NCBI GenBank assembly: GCA_012522435.1
Contig: JAAYKK010000055.1
Coordinates: 2,327-66,326, forward strand
DNA length: 64,000 nt
DNA from: Clostridiaceae bacterium
GTDB lineage: Bacteria; Bacillota; Clostridia; Saccharofermentanales; DTU023
Direction of reading: 5' to 3'
The stretch's first letter is position 1. Each line of letters starts with the position of its first letter. The notes under the pieces were generated by a model that saw nothing but the letters and a program-made list of their open reading frames with translations, did not search any database and was not told the origin of the DNA. Shown here in pieces: positions 9,220-18,638 of the stretch. Both the position numbers and the translations under genes were made by a program.

Positions 9220-10524
9220 TTGCCCAAGCTATTTTTACATGCATTAGGTTGCAAAACAAATCAATATGAAAACTTGGCTTTAACACAACAATTAATTGAT
9301 CAAGGTTTTGATTTAGTTGATAAGATGCAAGATGCTGATGTAGGAATTCTTAATACCTGTACCGTTACTGCGGAAGCAGGAAGGAAATCCAGACAAATGT
9401 TGCGCAGGATGAAAAAACAAAATCCTGAAGCATTGATTGTCGCAATGGGCTGTTACGCTCAATTATCCGATGTTTCAGCTGATTGTGATATTGCTGTAGG
9501 TACAAGTCAAAGAAATCTAATTCCGAAATTGATCTTACAAAAATTAAGACTAGCTGAAACGAGTGAAATCACCAGTCAAGATTTGAGACCTTTGGGCAAG
9601 ATCAGTCAAGAGACTGATTATGAAGAACTCGGTATAGTATCGATTCAAAAAGATACCAGGGCTCAAATCAAAATCCAAGATGGCTGTAATGAATTTTGCT
9701 CCTATTGTACAATTCCTTTAGCCAGAGGTAGAATTCGGAGTAGATCAAGAGAAAATATTTTGCGAGAAGTTGAAGCACTAGTAAATGAAGGGCATAAAGA
9801 AGTTGTCTTGACAGGTATACATATTTGCTCTTTTGAAAAAGAAAAGGGGCGAAATAGTGATGCTTTAGCTGAGCTTTGTTTAGAATTAAACCGCATTACC
9901 GCATTGGAAAGGATTCGTCTAGGATCTTTAGAACCCTTATCGGTCACAGAACAGTTTTTGCAGATTTTAAAAGGAGCTGACAAAGTTTGTCCCCATTTTC
10001 ATCTCTCTTTGCAATCCGGAAGCGATACAGTTTTGCAAAGAATGCGCAGGAGTTACAATACAGTTCAGTATCAAGAACGGGTGCGTATGTTAAGGCAAAT
10101 ATATAAAGACCCTTCTATTACGACAGATGTCATGGTAGGTTTTCCTGAAGAAACGGAACAAGAGTTTTTAGAAAGTCTGGAGTTTGTCAGGCGGATTAAT
10201 TTTAGTAAAATCCATGTTTTCCCGTATTCTGTCAGGCAAGATACATTAGCAGCAAAAATGAAGCAAGTACCTGGACAAATAACTAAACAAAGAGCTAAAG
10301 CAATGCTTGAGTTAGCTGAAGATTTGTCAGTCAAATATGCTAAACAGTTTGTCGGCAGGCGGGTTGAAGTCTTATTGGAAGATGAATTTGAAGACTATAT
10401 TAGAGGCTACACAAAACATTATGTACGCACATACATTGTTAATAATAATTATCAAAGCGGTGAAATTAAAAATGTTTTAATAACCGATGTAAGAAAAGAC
10501 GATTTATTTGGCAAGATAGTGTGA
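9220..10524 (+). CDS. mtaB: tRNA methylthiotransferase, MtaB-like (radical SAM, MiaB family)
   Basis: N-terminal LGCKTNQYE, radical-SAM CNEFCSYC and a C-terminal TRAM-like region. TTG start behind an AGGAG SD, abutting the rnr stop. Confidence 0.85.
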   Translation: MPKLFLHALGCKTNQYENLALTQQLIDQGFDLVDKMQDADVGILNTCTVTAEAGRKSRQMLRRMKKQNPEALIVAMGCYAQLSDVSADCDIAVGTSQRNLIPKLILQKLRLAETSEITSQDLRPLGKISQETDYEELGIVSIQKDTRAQIKIQDGCNEFCSYCTIPLARGRIRSRSRENILREVEALVNEGHKEVVLTGIHICSFEKEKGRNSDALAELCLELNRITALERIRLGSLEPLSVTEQFLQILKGADKVCPHFHLSLQSGSDTVLQRMRRSYNTVQYQERVRMLRQIYKDPSITTDVMVGFPEETEQEFLESLEFVRRINFSKIHVFPYSVRQDTLAAKMKQVPGQITKQRAKAMLELAEDLSVKYAKQFVGRRVEVLLEDEFEDYIRGYTKHYVRTYIVNNNYQSGEIKNVLITDVRKDDLFGKIV

Positions 10525-10565
10525 TAATATATTAGTTACAGTTCTTAGAATTGAAATGAGGTATT

Positions 10566-10826
10566 ATGATGGCAGATCAAGAAACAGCAAGATTTGTGAT
10601 GAGTATTAATCGCAAAGCGGAAGCTGCAAAAATAATGAAACAAGTAATGGCAGCCCTCGAAGAAAAAGGCTATAACCCCAAAAATCAATTGGTAGGTTAC
10701 TTTATTTCGGGTGATCCTACATATATAACAAATCATCAAGGGGCCAGAGCAATTATCAGAAAAATGGAAAGAGATGAATTGCTGGAAGTAATCCTTGCTG
10801 AATATTTGGAGCAACTCGGGAATTAG
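10566..10826 (+). CDS. IreB/UPF0297 (YrzL) family regulatory phosphoprotein
   Basis: 86 aa. GYNPxNQLVGYxxSGDPxYIT signature. Conserved position upstream of ruvX. Confidence 0.85.
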   Translation: MMADQETARFVMSINRKAEAAKIMKQVMAALEEKGYNPKNQLVGYFISGDPTYITNHQGARAIIRKMERDELLEVILAEYLEQLGN

Positions 10827-10847
10827 TTAATTTCTGAGTTAATTAAA

Positions 10848-11273
10848 ATGCAGAGATTTTTGGCAATCGATTATGGTACGGTACGTGTTGGCTTAGCAGT
10901 TAGTGATCCTTTAGGTGTAATAGCGACAGGAATAAAAACCTTGAATCACAAAGCCAAAACGATGACTGATCTAGCTTCTGAAATTAATGAAGTGGTGATC
11001 AAGGAGAATATTACCGATTTAGTCTTGGGTTTACCCAAAAGAACTGATGGTAAGGTCGGAGAAAAAGAGCTACAGGTTAGAGAATTTGCCGAAATCTTAA
11101 AAGAAATAACCGGTTTAGATCCGATTTTATATGATGAACGTTATACAACTGTGATTGCTCAACAGATTATGAACAAAACAGGAGTTAAGCCTAATCGTAA
11201 AAGGGAAATAGTTGATCAGGTCGCTGCTGAGATATTGCTTCAAAATTATTTAGATAAAGTAGCTCGGAAATAA
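10848..11273 (+). CDS. ruvX: Putative pre-16S rRNA nuclease / Holliday junction resolvase-like RuvX (YqgF)
   Basis: 141 aa. N-terminal LAIDYGTVRVGLAVSD (RNase H-like fold). GLPKRTDG motif. Confidence 0.9.
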   Translation: MQRFLAIDYGTVRVGLAVSDPLGVIATGIKTLNHKAKTMTDLASEINEVVIKENITDLVLGLPKRTDGKVGEKELQVREFAEILKEITGLDPILYDERYTTVIAQQIMNKTGVKPNRKREIVDQVAAEILLQNYLDKVARK

Positions 11274-11329
11274 TCTGTAATTAATATTATAATCTGTAAA
11301 TACAGATAGTTTTTCATAGTGGAGGTTTT

Positions 11330-11662
11330 ATGTTGTTAGATATATTTTTGCTAGCCCATGCTGATTCAGGACATGGTGATTTAGATCATGATCATGATCA
11401 GGAGTCTGGTGACGCTATTATTGAGATAGTTGATCCTGATACAGATGAGGTTTATCAGTTTTATCTGGGTGATGAATTTGATTATGAAGGTCAGTTTTAT
11501 TATGTATTGGTCACCATAGAAGATGATCCTGTCTATGTCATAGCCAGGGTAATTGAACAGGATGGTGAGTCATATATTGAAACATTAACCGATGAGGAAA
11601 ATGATGAATTATATGATGTATACGATAAAATACTAGAAGAAGCTTTTGAAGATGAGGAATAA
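11330..11662 (+). CDS. DUF1292 (YrzB/UPF0473) family protein
   Basis: 110 aa, acidic, with the F..EG..YYVL core typical of DUF1292. Conserved position after ruvX. GGAGG SD. Confidence 0.75.
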   Translation: MLLDIFLLAHADSGHGDLDHDHDQESGDAIIEIVDPDTDEVYQFYLGDEFDYEGQFYYVLVTIEDDPVYVIARVIEQDGESYIETLTDEENDELYDVYDKILEEAFEDEE

Positions 11663-12098
11663 GCCTTTAAAAGGTGTTGAAGCACAAGTTGATAATAAAA
11701 GGTCAAACTTTACGGATCGAAGTCCGGCAAAGTCTAATTTAGGCTCCGGAAGAATGAAACAAAGACCTTCTCCAAAGCAGAAATCTCGTACAAACAAAGC
11801 AAAAAACCAACAAAGACAGGTTGAAGATTATCCTGACGAGATGCTGGGCATTATTGTTGATCAACGGAGTGGGCAAACTTATTATATTTCCCTGATTGAC
11901 AACTTTACCTACAAGAGTCGAGAATATGCCGTTATGTACAATTATCGTATAGAAGACGGTAATATCGGGGTTCCTGAGATTTTAATTATGCGTTCCTATA
12001 GGGATCAGGATAAGCAATATTTTACTTCTATACGCAATCAAGAAGAGTTGGATAAAGTTTTTGATATTTTTTATGATCGCTTTCAACAATCGGTTTAA
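11652..12098 (+). CDS. Second DUF1292-like protein with a basic N-terminal disordered region
   Basis: C-terminal half (GQTYYISLIDNFTYKSREYAVM...EELDKVFDIF) resembles DUF1292. The N-terminal ~60 aa are K/R/S/Q-rich. The start is uncertain (TTG 11646 or ATG 11652) and overlaps the upstream stop. Confidence 0.55.
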   Translation: MRNKPLKGVEAQVDNKRSNFTDRSPAKSNLGSGRMKQRPSPKQKSRTNKAKNQQRQVEDYPDEMLGIIVDQRSGQTYYISLIDNFTYKSREYAVMYNYRIEDGNIGVPEILIMRSYRDQDKQYFTSIRNQEELDKVFDIFYDRFQQSV

Positions 12099-12109
12099 CT
12101 GGAGGATTC

Positions 12110-13030
12110 ATGGATTTCCATTCACTTCAGCCATTCACCATTGAACAGGCTGATTTATACACTAAATATTTTTCGCAAAGTAATACTCGAATAGCAGATG
12201 CCTGTCCTAACAGCAGATTTGCATGGAACATCGGTTATAATTATCGATATCTGATTCTGGAAGATTGTTTTTGTTTAGTTTCAGATGGTGGAATTTTTAC
12301 TGAACCGCATTTTTCATTGCCTTTAGGAGAATTAACTGCAGCAAAACTGAGCAATATTATTAATCAACTGGAGAAAATATTTAAGCAAAACAACTGGCAG
12401 TTAACAGGAATGTTTATAGATGAGGAATATACAGATTTATTTAATGAACTTGAAGGTTATGAAATTAATCTTGAATTTGACTCTGCTTATTCCGACTATA
12501 TTTACAATACCGCCGATTTGGCCAATTTAAAGGGCAAGGGATATCGTGCAAAACGTAATCATGTTAATCGCTTCATCAGAGATTATCCGGATTTCACTTA
12601 CAAACCTTTAGAGAAATCTGATCAGGAGAAAGCTGTTGAGCTTGTTAGAACTTGGTGCCAAGATAAAGAAGTTGACTGTAAGGATCCTTTAGTAAGTGAT
12701 TGTAGTCCGATTAATACTCTTTTCAGTTATTGGGAACAATTGAATATTTCTGGTGGTGCTATTTATTATAATGAAGATTTAATTGCATTTTCAATGGGCT
12801 CAATCATCAATCAAGGCAAAGAAGGTGTAATTCATTTTGAGAAAGCTCATCCCAATTATGAAGGCTTATATGCTGTAATCAATCAATTTTCAGTATTAAA
12901 TGCATTTGAGGAAACTGAATTGATTAACCGTGAAGAAGATATGGGTGATGAAGGCATGCGTATTTCGAAAGAATCCTACTTGCCGATTGAAAGCCTGAAA
13001 AAATATAAAGTAACTTTGCAGAAGAAATAA
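12110..13030 (+). CDS. DUF2156 protein (related to the MprF/LysX C-terminal aminoacyl-transferase domain)
   Basis: 306 aa. KGKGYRAKRNHVNRF segment and overall GNAT-tandem-like length, recognised by eye only. Confidence 0.55.
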   Translation: MDFHSLQPFTIEQADLYTKYFSQSNTRIADACPNSRFAWNIGYNYRYLILEDCFCLVSDGGIFTEPHFSLPLGELTAAKLSNIINQLEKIFKQNNWQLTGMFIDEEYTDLFNELEGYEINLEFDSAYSDYIYNTADLANLKGKGYRAKRNHVNRFIRDYPDFTYKPLEKSDQEKAVELVRTWCQDKEVDCKDPLVSDCSPINTLFSYWEQLNISGGAIYYNEDLIAFSMGSIINQGKEGVIHFEKAHPNYEGLYAVINQFSVLNAFEETELINREEDMGDEGMRISKESYLPIESLKKYKVTLQKK

Positions 13031-13054
13031 TTATTATCAAGAAAAGAGTTTAGT

Positions 13055-14098
13055 ATGTTCGATAATGGTCAACCTGAGCAAGAACAGAGCCAGCAATATC
13101 AGTGGACAGGTAATTATTATGAGCAGCAGCCTCAACAAAATATACCGGTTCAACAACAGCAAATATATTATCATGATCAACCATATCAGGAACAGCAATT
13201 CACACATAGCCAAAACTTGAATTTATTACCGGATACCAAAGTTCCTCTTTGGCGTATATGGTTAATTTCAATCGCTTTTGCAGCCTTGCATATTGTGGTC
13301 CTAAATGGAGCTGCAATTCTGGTCGGAGTCATCATGTGGTTTTCATCGATGGCAACTACACAGGAAGAGATCATGAATTTATTCTTGGGTTCTGACTTGC
13401 AAAATTGGGCATGTATCGTGATGTTTTTCATCTGTACTCCGATCTATATTGTTTTTCTGAATAAGAGAAATAAAAAATTTCAGGGAAGTGTTGCACTTAA
13501 GAAGGTAAAGCCGGGTCCGGCAATTAGTATGATAGTTGTGGCCTTTGGTTCTTTAGGTATGGTCACAGGTCTTCTTTCTTTGTTGGAATTTTTGAGTAAT
13601 CATGTAGGATTCATAGCCAAATGGCTTCAGGATTATATTAATCTTACTGAAATGATCGTCTCGGAAGAAGGCAATCTATTACTACAAATAATAGCTACGG
13701 TTATTTTGGTTCCGATTGCGGAAGAATTGTTATTCAGAGGGATAATTCAAGGCGAATTAAATTTACGTTTTACGCCCAGAGTTGCAGTATTAATCCAAGC
13801 TTTATTATTCGGTATTTTTCATATGAATCCGATTCAATCATTGTATACTTTTATTCCCGGATTATTGCTGGGTATTGCATATTATTATACCGGAAATTTG
13901 ATTATACCCATCGTTATGCATATGATTTTCAATTTAGTTGGCGGGGTCTTCAATGTTATTTTTTCAGAGACAATCATGCAATGGCTCAGCTATGTTGAGT
14001 TAGTGATAGGCATATTTGCAATTGTAGTAGTAGTTTTATTCTTTGTTAAAGCAAAGCCGGATAGTGATCATAAATTAAAATGGCAGTATACTCCTTAA
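13055..14098 (+). CDS. CPBP family intramembrane glutamic endopeptidase with a Q/Y-rich N-terminus
   Basis: Multi-TM protein with CPBP motifs EELLFRG and FGIFH. The first ~55 aa are Q-rich. Confidence 0.85.
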   Translation: MFDNGQPEQEQSQQYQWTGNYYEQQPQQNIPVQQQQIYYHDQPYQEQQFTHSQNLNLLPDTKVPLWRIWLISIAFAALHIVVLNGAAILVGVIMWFSSMATTQEEIMNLFLGSDLQNWACIVMFFICTPIYIVFLNKRNKKFQGSVALKKVKPGPAISMIVVAFGSLGMVTGLLSLLEFLSNHVGFIAKWLQDYINLTEMIVSEEGNLLLQIIATVILVPIAEELLFRGIIQGELNLRFTPRVAVLIQALLFGIFHMNPIQSLYTFIPGLLLGIAYYYTGNLIIPIVMHMIFNLVGGVFNVIFSETIMQWLSYVELVIGIFAIVVVVLFFVKAKPDSDHKLKWQYTP

Positions 14099-14102
14099 AA
14101 TA

Positions 14103-17100
14103 ATGTTTATTAAAAGATTTGGCAGAATCAAAAAACGTACTTTTGCAGTTTTAGCAATTTGTTTGCTAGCTGTTATTTTGCCAGTTTTTTTCTTGTTTAT
14201 TACTACTACCAAACAAGTAAAATCAAGCAATATTGCACATTTTTCGCTCAATGAAAGAGCTTCGCGTCAATCTGTTCAGGGACTAGGCTACAATCTCATT
14301 TCATATCATGATGAGAATTTACTGAAAAATAATTCTTTTGAACCACTGGTGTATAAACAAAATTTCAATGTTGATTCAGGGGATGAAGAAACACTTAAGA
14401 TTGTCATGCCGGATGATCTGGAAGCAGGTTCTTATGAGGACGATTTTTTTATAGGCGCAAAAGCTGAGGTGTTGACTAACGATCCTGAAGGAAATCCTGT
14501 ATTAAAAAAGACGGGAATTGTTGAAGAAATTCTTTCTGATCAGATAGATGATTTTCAATCTCTACAACTTCCTCCTGATCTTCCACAGGAAATTAGATGG
14601 TCTACAGTCGCAGAATTGGAACAGAAAGTTGTTTTGGGTGGAAGTAAGGGTTATATATTATATATAGATGCATTTACAGAAACTCATCTCCTTAAATTGC
14701 CTACAACTAATGACATAGTTGGTATCTGTGTTTTTGATAATAATTTTTTAGCTGTCGATCAAAAAGGAGTATTTTATAAATCTACCGATGCTCTCAATTG
14801 GCAACGTGTTTTTTCCGCTGATCAAAAATTCTTACTCAATAAAGCTTCAGAACAAGACTCTGGCGCCCAAAACGAAAGTTCAGAACAAGATACAATTAAT
14901 TGGCACGATCTGAGTTCATATGTTGATGAACAGGGCAAAACTATCTTTATGGCAGTAGGTGAAGAAGGATACTTAATTTACGGAGATCTTGAGAACTACT
15001 ATGTTGGCAGGATTAACACCAAGCAAAATATTAATTCGGTCACTGCTAATGCGAACGGATTTTATTTAGTCGGTGATAATTCTTCCGCATTTTACTCAGC
15101 CAATGGAGAAGTTTTTCAAATCTTAGATATCCCGCTTCAAGCAAATTGGCAGACTATTGCTTCAAGAGGAAATCAGATTCTGCTCGGCGGTGATCAGGGC
15201 GAAGTTGTTTTCAGTAATGATGGAAGTCAGTTTGAAAATATTAGTAGTGACTCCATTACAGGGATATCACTTCAATTTTCTGAACAAAACGATCAGAGCA
15301 GTCTTGAACAAATAGTTTTTAATCCGAGTTTTGTGTCATGTAGCATTTTGGGCAATGAACAATTTGTCATGCTTGATTCACGAGGACTGCTATATTTTTC
15401 ACAAGATCTGGGTAAAAATTGGAGTTCGCTTAATGAACGGCAGGGGAACAGATATAACTTAATTCAACGTTTGTCGTCAGGCAGGTTAGTAAGGGCAGGT
15501 TTTGACAGCGGAGTTGAATATGCCGCGATGGGACTGACGATAAAACTGGATAGTAAACTCGAACAGGGTAAATACGAAGACGGAGATTTGCTGAGATTAG
15601 AGCAACTGGCAACTAAGCCGAACATCAAACCTTTGCTTGAAAAAGATGAAATTCTACCGGGTGAATGGTTTGTCAGTGATCCCCAAGTTGCAGATGTTCA
15701 ATTTAGAGAAAATTCTCCTGAAGGTGGGAAATCCTCATTAAGAATTGATTTGACAGAATCTATAAATCCTATTGACCAACTTTTTGGAATTTATAGTGAC
15801 CAGGAATTAGATTTAGAAACCTCTTTAACTGCTGATTATATTTTGCAACAAAACATCAGTGAGCCGGAGATCGACAAGTTGAAAAATAATGCAATCTTCG
15901 ATTTTGAATTCTGGGCTAAATCAAATTCGCCGGATCCAATAGAGTTAAGTTTGTCTATCAAAGGTTTAAATCTGGAATCGGAACAATTTAGTAAAGAAAT
16001 TCATGGAGATTGGAAAAAATATCAAGGTGTTTTTGTTGTTCCGAAAAATTCGGTGCAAGACGATAGTCTGGTTTGGTTGCAAATTGAGTTCCATGGATCC
16101 GGGACAATCTTTCTAGACAACATCAGGATTAAAGTTGCAGATCACTTTGAGCAGGATTTATTTGCCGATCTGGCTGACGATTTAGCAAATGTACCTATTA
16201 TGCGCTTAGAATTAGTTCCGTTAGGTGATCAAGCTTATCCTTCTGAAAGTTGGCTTTCGTCTGAAAAATCGTATAGTTTTTATTATCAGGATGAAGGTAA
16301 TTTAAAAATAATTTCTCAACCCAATCTTGTTACATGTTTGGAAGCTTGTCGTAAATATAATATTAATCCTTGGCTCACAATTAATTCTCAAGCTTCAGAT
16401 CTTGAGTTGAGGCATTTTATGCAATATCTATTCGGTCAACAAAATACGCCATTAGGAGAATTACGTGACCAACATGGTGCTCTAGGAAGATATAGTGAAA
16501 CTTTTAATCGATTTTATCTAGAAATCAATGATCAAAACAAGCTCTTTGTAAACGACTGGCAGAAAAAATCATACGTCAACCGGGTAATTCAAATCTTGAG
16601 TGAAACACCGGAATACACACAGATAAAGAATCGTTTGGTCTTTATTGATGGTATGGAATATAAAGAGAATATCATATCATCAGATGCGGATTATCATGCT
16701 TCCGATTTTACTTTACAGGACGATATCTCTAATATAGATCAGTTAAATCAACACATTGAAAACTTTTCAGAAATGATTCCCAGAAATCCCGGAAGGATGT
16801 CAACAAGCGGTTTTGATTTAGTGCGTAGAACTGAATTACTAAATCCTGATATAAGATTGGCTGACCTTATCTCAGTCAGTTTGAGCATGTTAGGTGATGA
16901 AGTTGAAGCAGCTTTGCTGAATTTTGATCTGACATCAGATATTCCAGAAAACTCATTTGTTGAATGTTATGCCCAAATTGGAAGATCAATCGCCGGTATG
17001 AGTCCCTATGTTTTAAGTTCCAATTATGAACAAGAGAACATTATTGCCTTTGCATATGGTTCAGAAAATAAAAGAACGATCATTATTGCCAATTTATCAG

Positions 17101-17267
17101 ATAGTTCTGCATCTTGTCAGATTTTAAATATTGATTTGAAAGGATTTCAGCAATCCTTTTATGATGCAAACGGTGAACTTTTAGAACAATCAGTAATGAA
17201 GCTCAGCAAAACAGTTTTTTCAATTTTACCGGGTGGTGTGGTTGTTCTTGAAGGTAATGTAAAATAA
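14103..17267 (+). CDS. Large membrane-anchored hypothetical protein with BNR/Ycf48-like propeller repeats and a jelly-roll-like region
   Basis: 1054 aa. N-terminal signal anchor. Asp-box-like repeats (STDALNWQRV, SNDGSQFENI, SQDLGKNWSSL). The mid-region pattern FEFWAKS...GTIFLDNIRI resembles a CBM. No catalytic motif recognised. Confidence 0.5.
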   Translation: MFIKRFGRIKKRTFAVLAICLLAVILPVFFLFITTTKQVKSSNIAHFSLNERASRQSVQGLGYNLISYHDENLLKNNSFEPLVYKQNFNVDSGDEETLKIVMPDDLEAGSYEDDFFIGAKAEVLTNDPEGNPVLKKTGIVEEILSDQIDDFQSLQLPPDLPQEIRWSTVAELEQKVVLGGSKGYILYIDAFTETHLLKLPTTNDIVGICVFDNNFLAVDQKGVFYKSTDALNWQRVFSADQKFLLNKASEQDSGAQNESSEQDTINWHDLSSYVDEQGKTIFMAVGEEGYLIYGDLENYYVGRINTKQNINSVTANANGFYLVGDNSSAFYSANGEVFQILDIPLQANWQTIASRGNQILLGGDQGEVVFSNDGSQFENISSDSITGISLQFSEQNDQSSLEQIVFNPSFVSCSILGNEQFVMLDSRGLLYFSQDLGKNWSSLNERQGNRYNLIQRLSSGRLVRAGFDSGVEYAAMGLTIKLDSKLEQGKYEDGDLLRLEQLATKPNIKPLLEKDEILPGEWFVSDPQVADVQFRENSPEGGKSSLRIDLTESINPIDQLFGIYSDQELDLETSLTADYILQQNISEPEIDKLKNNAIFDFEFWAKSNSPDPIELSLSIKGLNLESEQFSKEIHGDWKKYQGVFVVPKNSVQDDSLVWLQIEFHGSGTIFLDNIRIKVADHFEQDLFADLADDLANVPIMRLELVPLGDQAYPSESWLSSEKSYSFYYQDEGNLKIISQPNLVTCLEACRKYNINPWLTINSQASDLELRHFMQYLFGQQNTPLGELRDQHGALGRYSETFNRFYLEINDQNKLFVNDWQKKSYVNRVIQILSETPEYTQIKNRLVFIDGMEYKENIISSDADYHASDFTLQDDISNIDQLNQHIENFSEMIPRNPGRMSTSGFDLVRRTELLNPDIRLADLISVSLSMLGDEVEAALLNFDLTSDIPENSFVECYAQIGRSIAGMSPYVLSSNYEQENIIAFAYGSENKRTIIIANLSDSSASCQILNIDLKGFQQSFYDANGELLEQSVMKLSKTVFSILPGGVVVLEGNVK

Positions 17268-17290
17268 TACTTTAATATTAATTTTTAGGG

Positions 17291-18505
17291 GTGTCAGATA
17301 TGGTTAGTGACTTTGATCAATTATTTTATGCCGACTCTTATCAAACAGTTTTTTCAGCAAAAGTAACAGACCAAAAATCATCAGATGGAAAATATTGGCT
17401 TGCTTTGACTCAGACCTGTTTTTATCCTGAAGGTGGAGGGCAACCAGGTGATCAAGGTGAAATATTTGTCAGCTCATTAGATTCAGTTGACAATAATCAA
17501 GACAAGCAAGTAATCAAAGTTCTGCACACAATTCTCAAAGATGATATTATCTGGCATCAGGTTTCTGATCTAATTCCTGAAGGTACAGAAGTACAAGGGG
17601 AGATCGATTTTAATAATCGCTATGATTTAATGCAACAACATAGTGCTGAACATATAGTATCCGGCATTGTTAATCGAAAATACGGCTATGATAATGTGGG
17701 TTTTAATATCAATAATGAAGAGATGACCTTTGATTTCAATGGCGACCTGACCTGGGAACAGATTCTTGAAATAGAAGATGAAGCTAATCAGGCTGTTTTT
17801 AAGAATATTCCGATTGAAATTCATTATTTAACTCCTGAACAACAACAAAGTTGGACTTATCGCAGTAAGTTAGAGCTCGGTGAAAATGTCAGAGTGGTAG
17901 TAGTACCAAATTATGATACATGTGCATGTGCCGGCACTCATCTCAAGACGACAGGTGAAATAGGGCAAATAAAAATAATCAAACGCGAATCCTACAAGGG
18001 CGGTGTTCGCTTGACAGCATTATGCGGTCTGAGAGCACTGAAATATTTTCAAAAATTGCACGAAGTAATACAAGAAACCGGTGAATTGCTTTCAGCAAAT
18101 CTTGATAACTTAGTCGAGCTGGTCAAATACAATCAAACTGAAATATTAGAACTCAAACAAGAAATTAATAAGAGAAACAATGCTTGGCTTGAACTTTACA
18201 AAAAAAATATTTCTCCTAACACGCAACAGATTATTATCAAAAATCAAATATTTAATAAAAATGAATGGCTTTATGTTTGTCGTTATCTATTTGAAAAAGT
18301 AGAGAAGTTCGTTTGCTTGTTGACCGAAATATCTGCCGAAAAATACATGATATTTATGTATTCTGAAACTGTGGATCTTCGAGCAAAGATACCGGAACTT
18401 AAAAAAACATTTGATTTTAAAGGTGGCGGAAATGCAAGCTCGATTCAAGGTCCTCTGATAGGTGATTATCAAAAAATTGTGAAATTCTTGAGTGAAATAG
18501 CCTAG
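17291..18505 (+). CDS. AlaX-L type alanyl-tRNA editing protein (AlaRS second-additional-domain family)
   Basis: 404 aa. Zinc/editing motifs HSAEH and CACAGTH. The start is either GTG 17291 or ATG 17300. Confidence 0.85.
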   Translation: MSDMVSDFDQLFYADSYQTVFSAKVTDQKSSDGKYWLALTQTCFYPEGGGQPGDQGEIFVSSLDSVDNNQDKQVIKVLHTILKDDIIWHQVSDLIPEGTEVQGEIDFNNRYDLMQQHSAEHIVSGIVNRKYGYDNVGFNINNEEMTFDFNGDLTWEQILEIEDEANQAVFKNIPIEIHYLTPEQQQSWTYRSKLELGENVRVVVVPNYDTCACAGTHLKTTGEIGQIKIIKRESYKGGVRLTALCGLRALKYFQKLHEVIQETGELLSANLDNLVELVKYNQTEILELKQEINKRNNAWLELYKKNISPNTQQIIIKNQIFNKNEWLYVCRYLFEKVEKFVCLLTEISAEKYMIFMYSETVDLRAKIPELKKTFDFKGGGNASSIQGPLIGDYQKIVKFLSEIA

Positions 18506-18603
18506 CTAATTCTGGATTAAGTGATTTTATTGTGCGCTCTGCATAATGATGAATTGATAAAATTAAACATTATTCCGAAATTGAAAAAAAGCGAAAAAAT
18601 CCC

Positions 18604-18632
18604 TTGACCTGAAATAATACTCTACATATACT
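18604..18632 (+). promoter_or_regulatory. Near-consensus sigma-A promoter with an A-tract UP-like element, driving the ORF-free region
   Basis: TTGACC (18604-18609), 17-nt spacer, TATACT (18627-18632). Upstream sequence is GAAATTGAAAAAAAGCGAAAAAAT. Confidence 0.75.
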
Positions 18633-18638
18633 TTAGGT

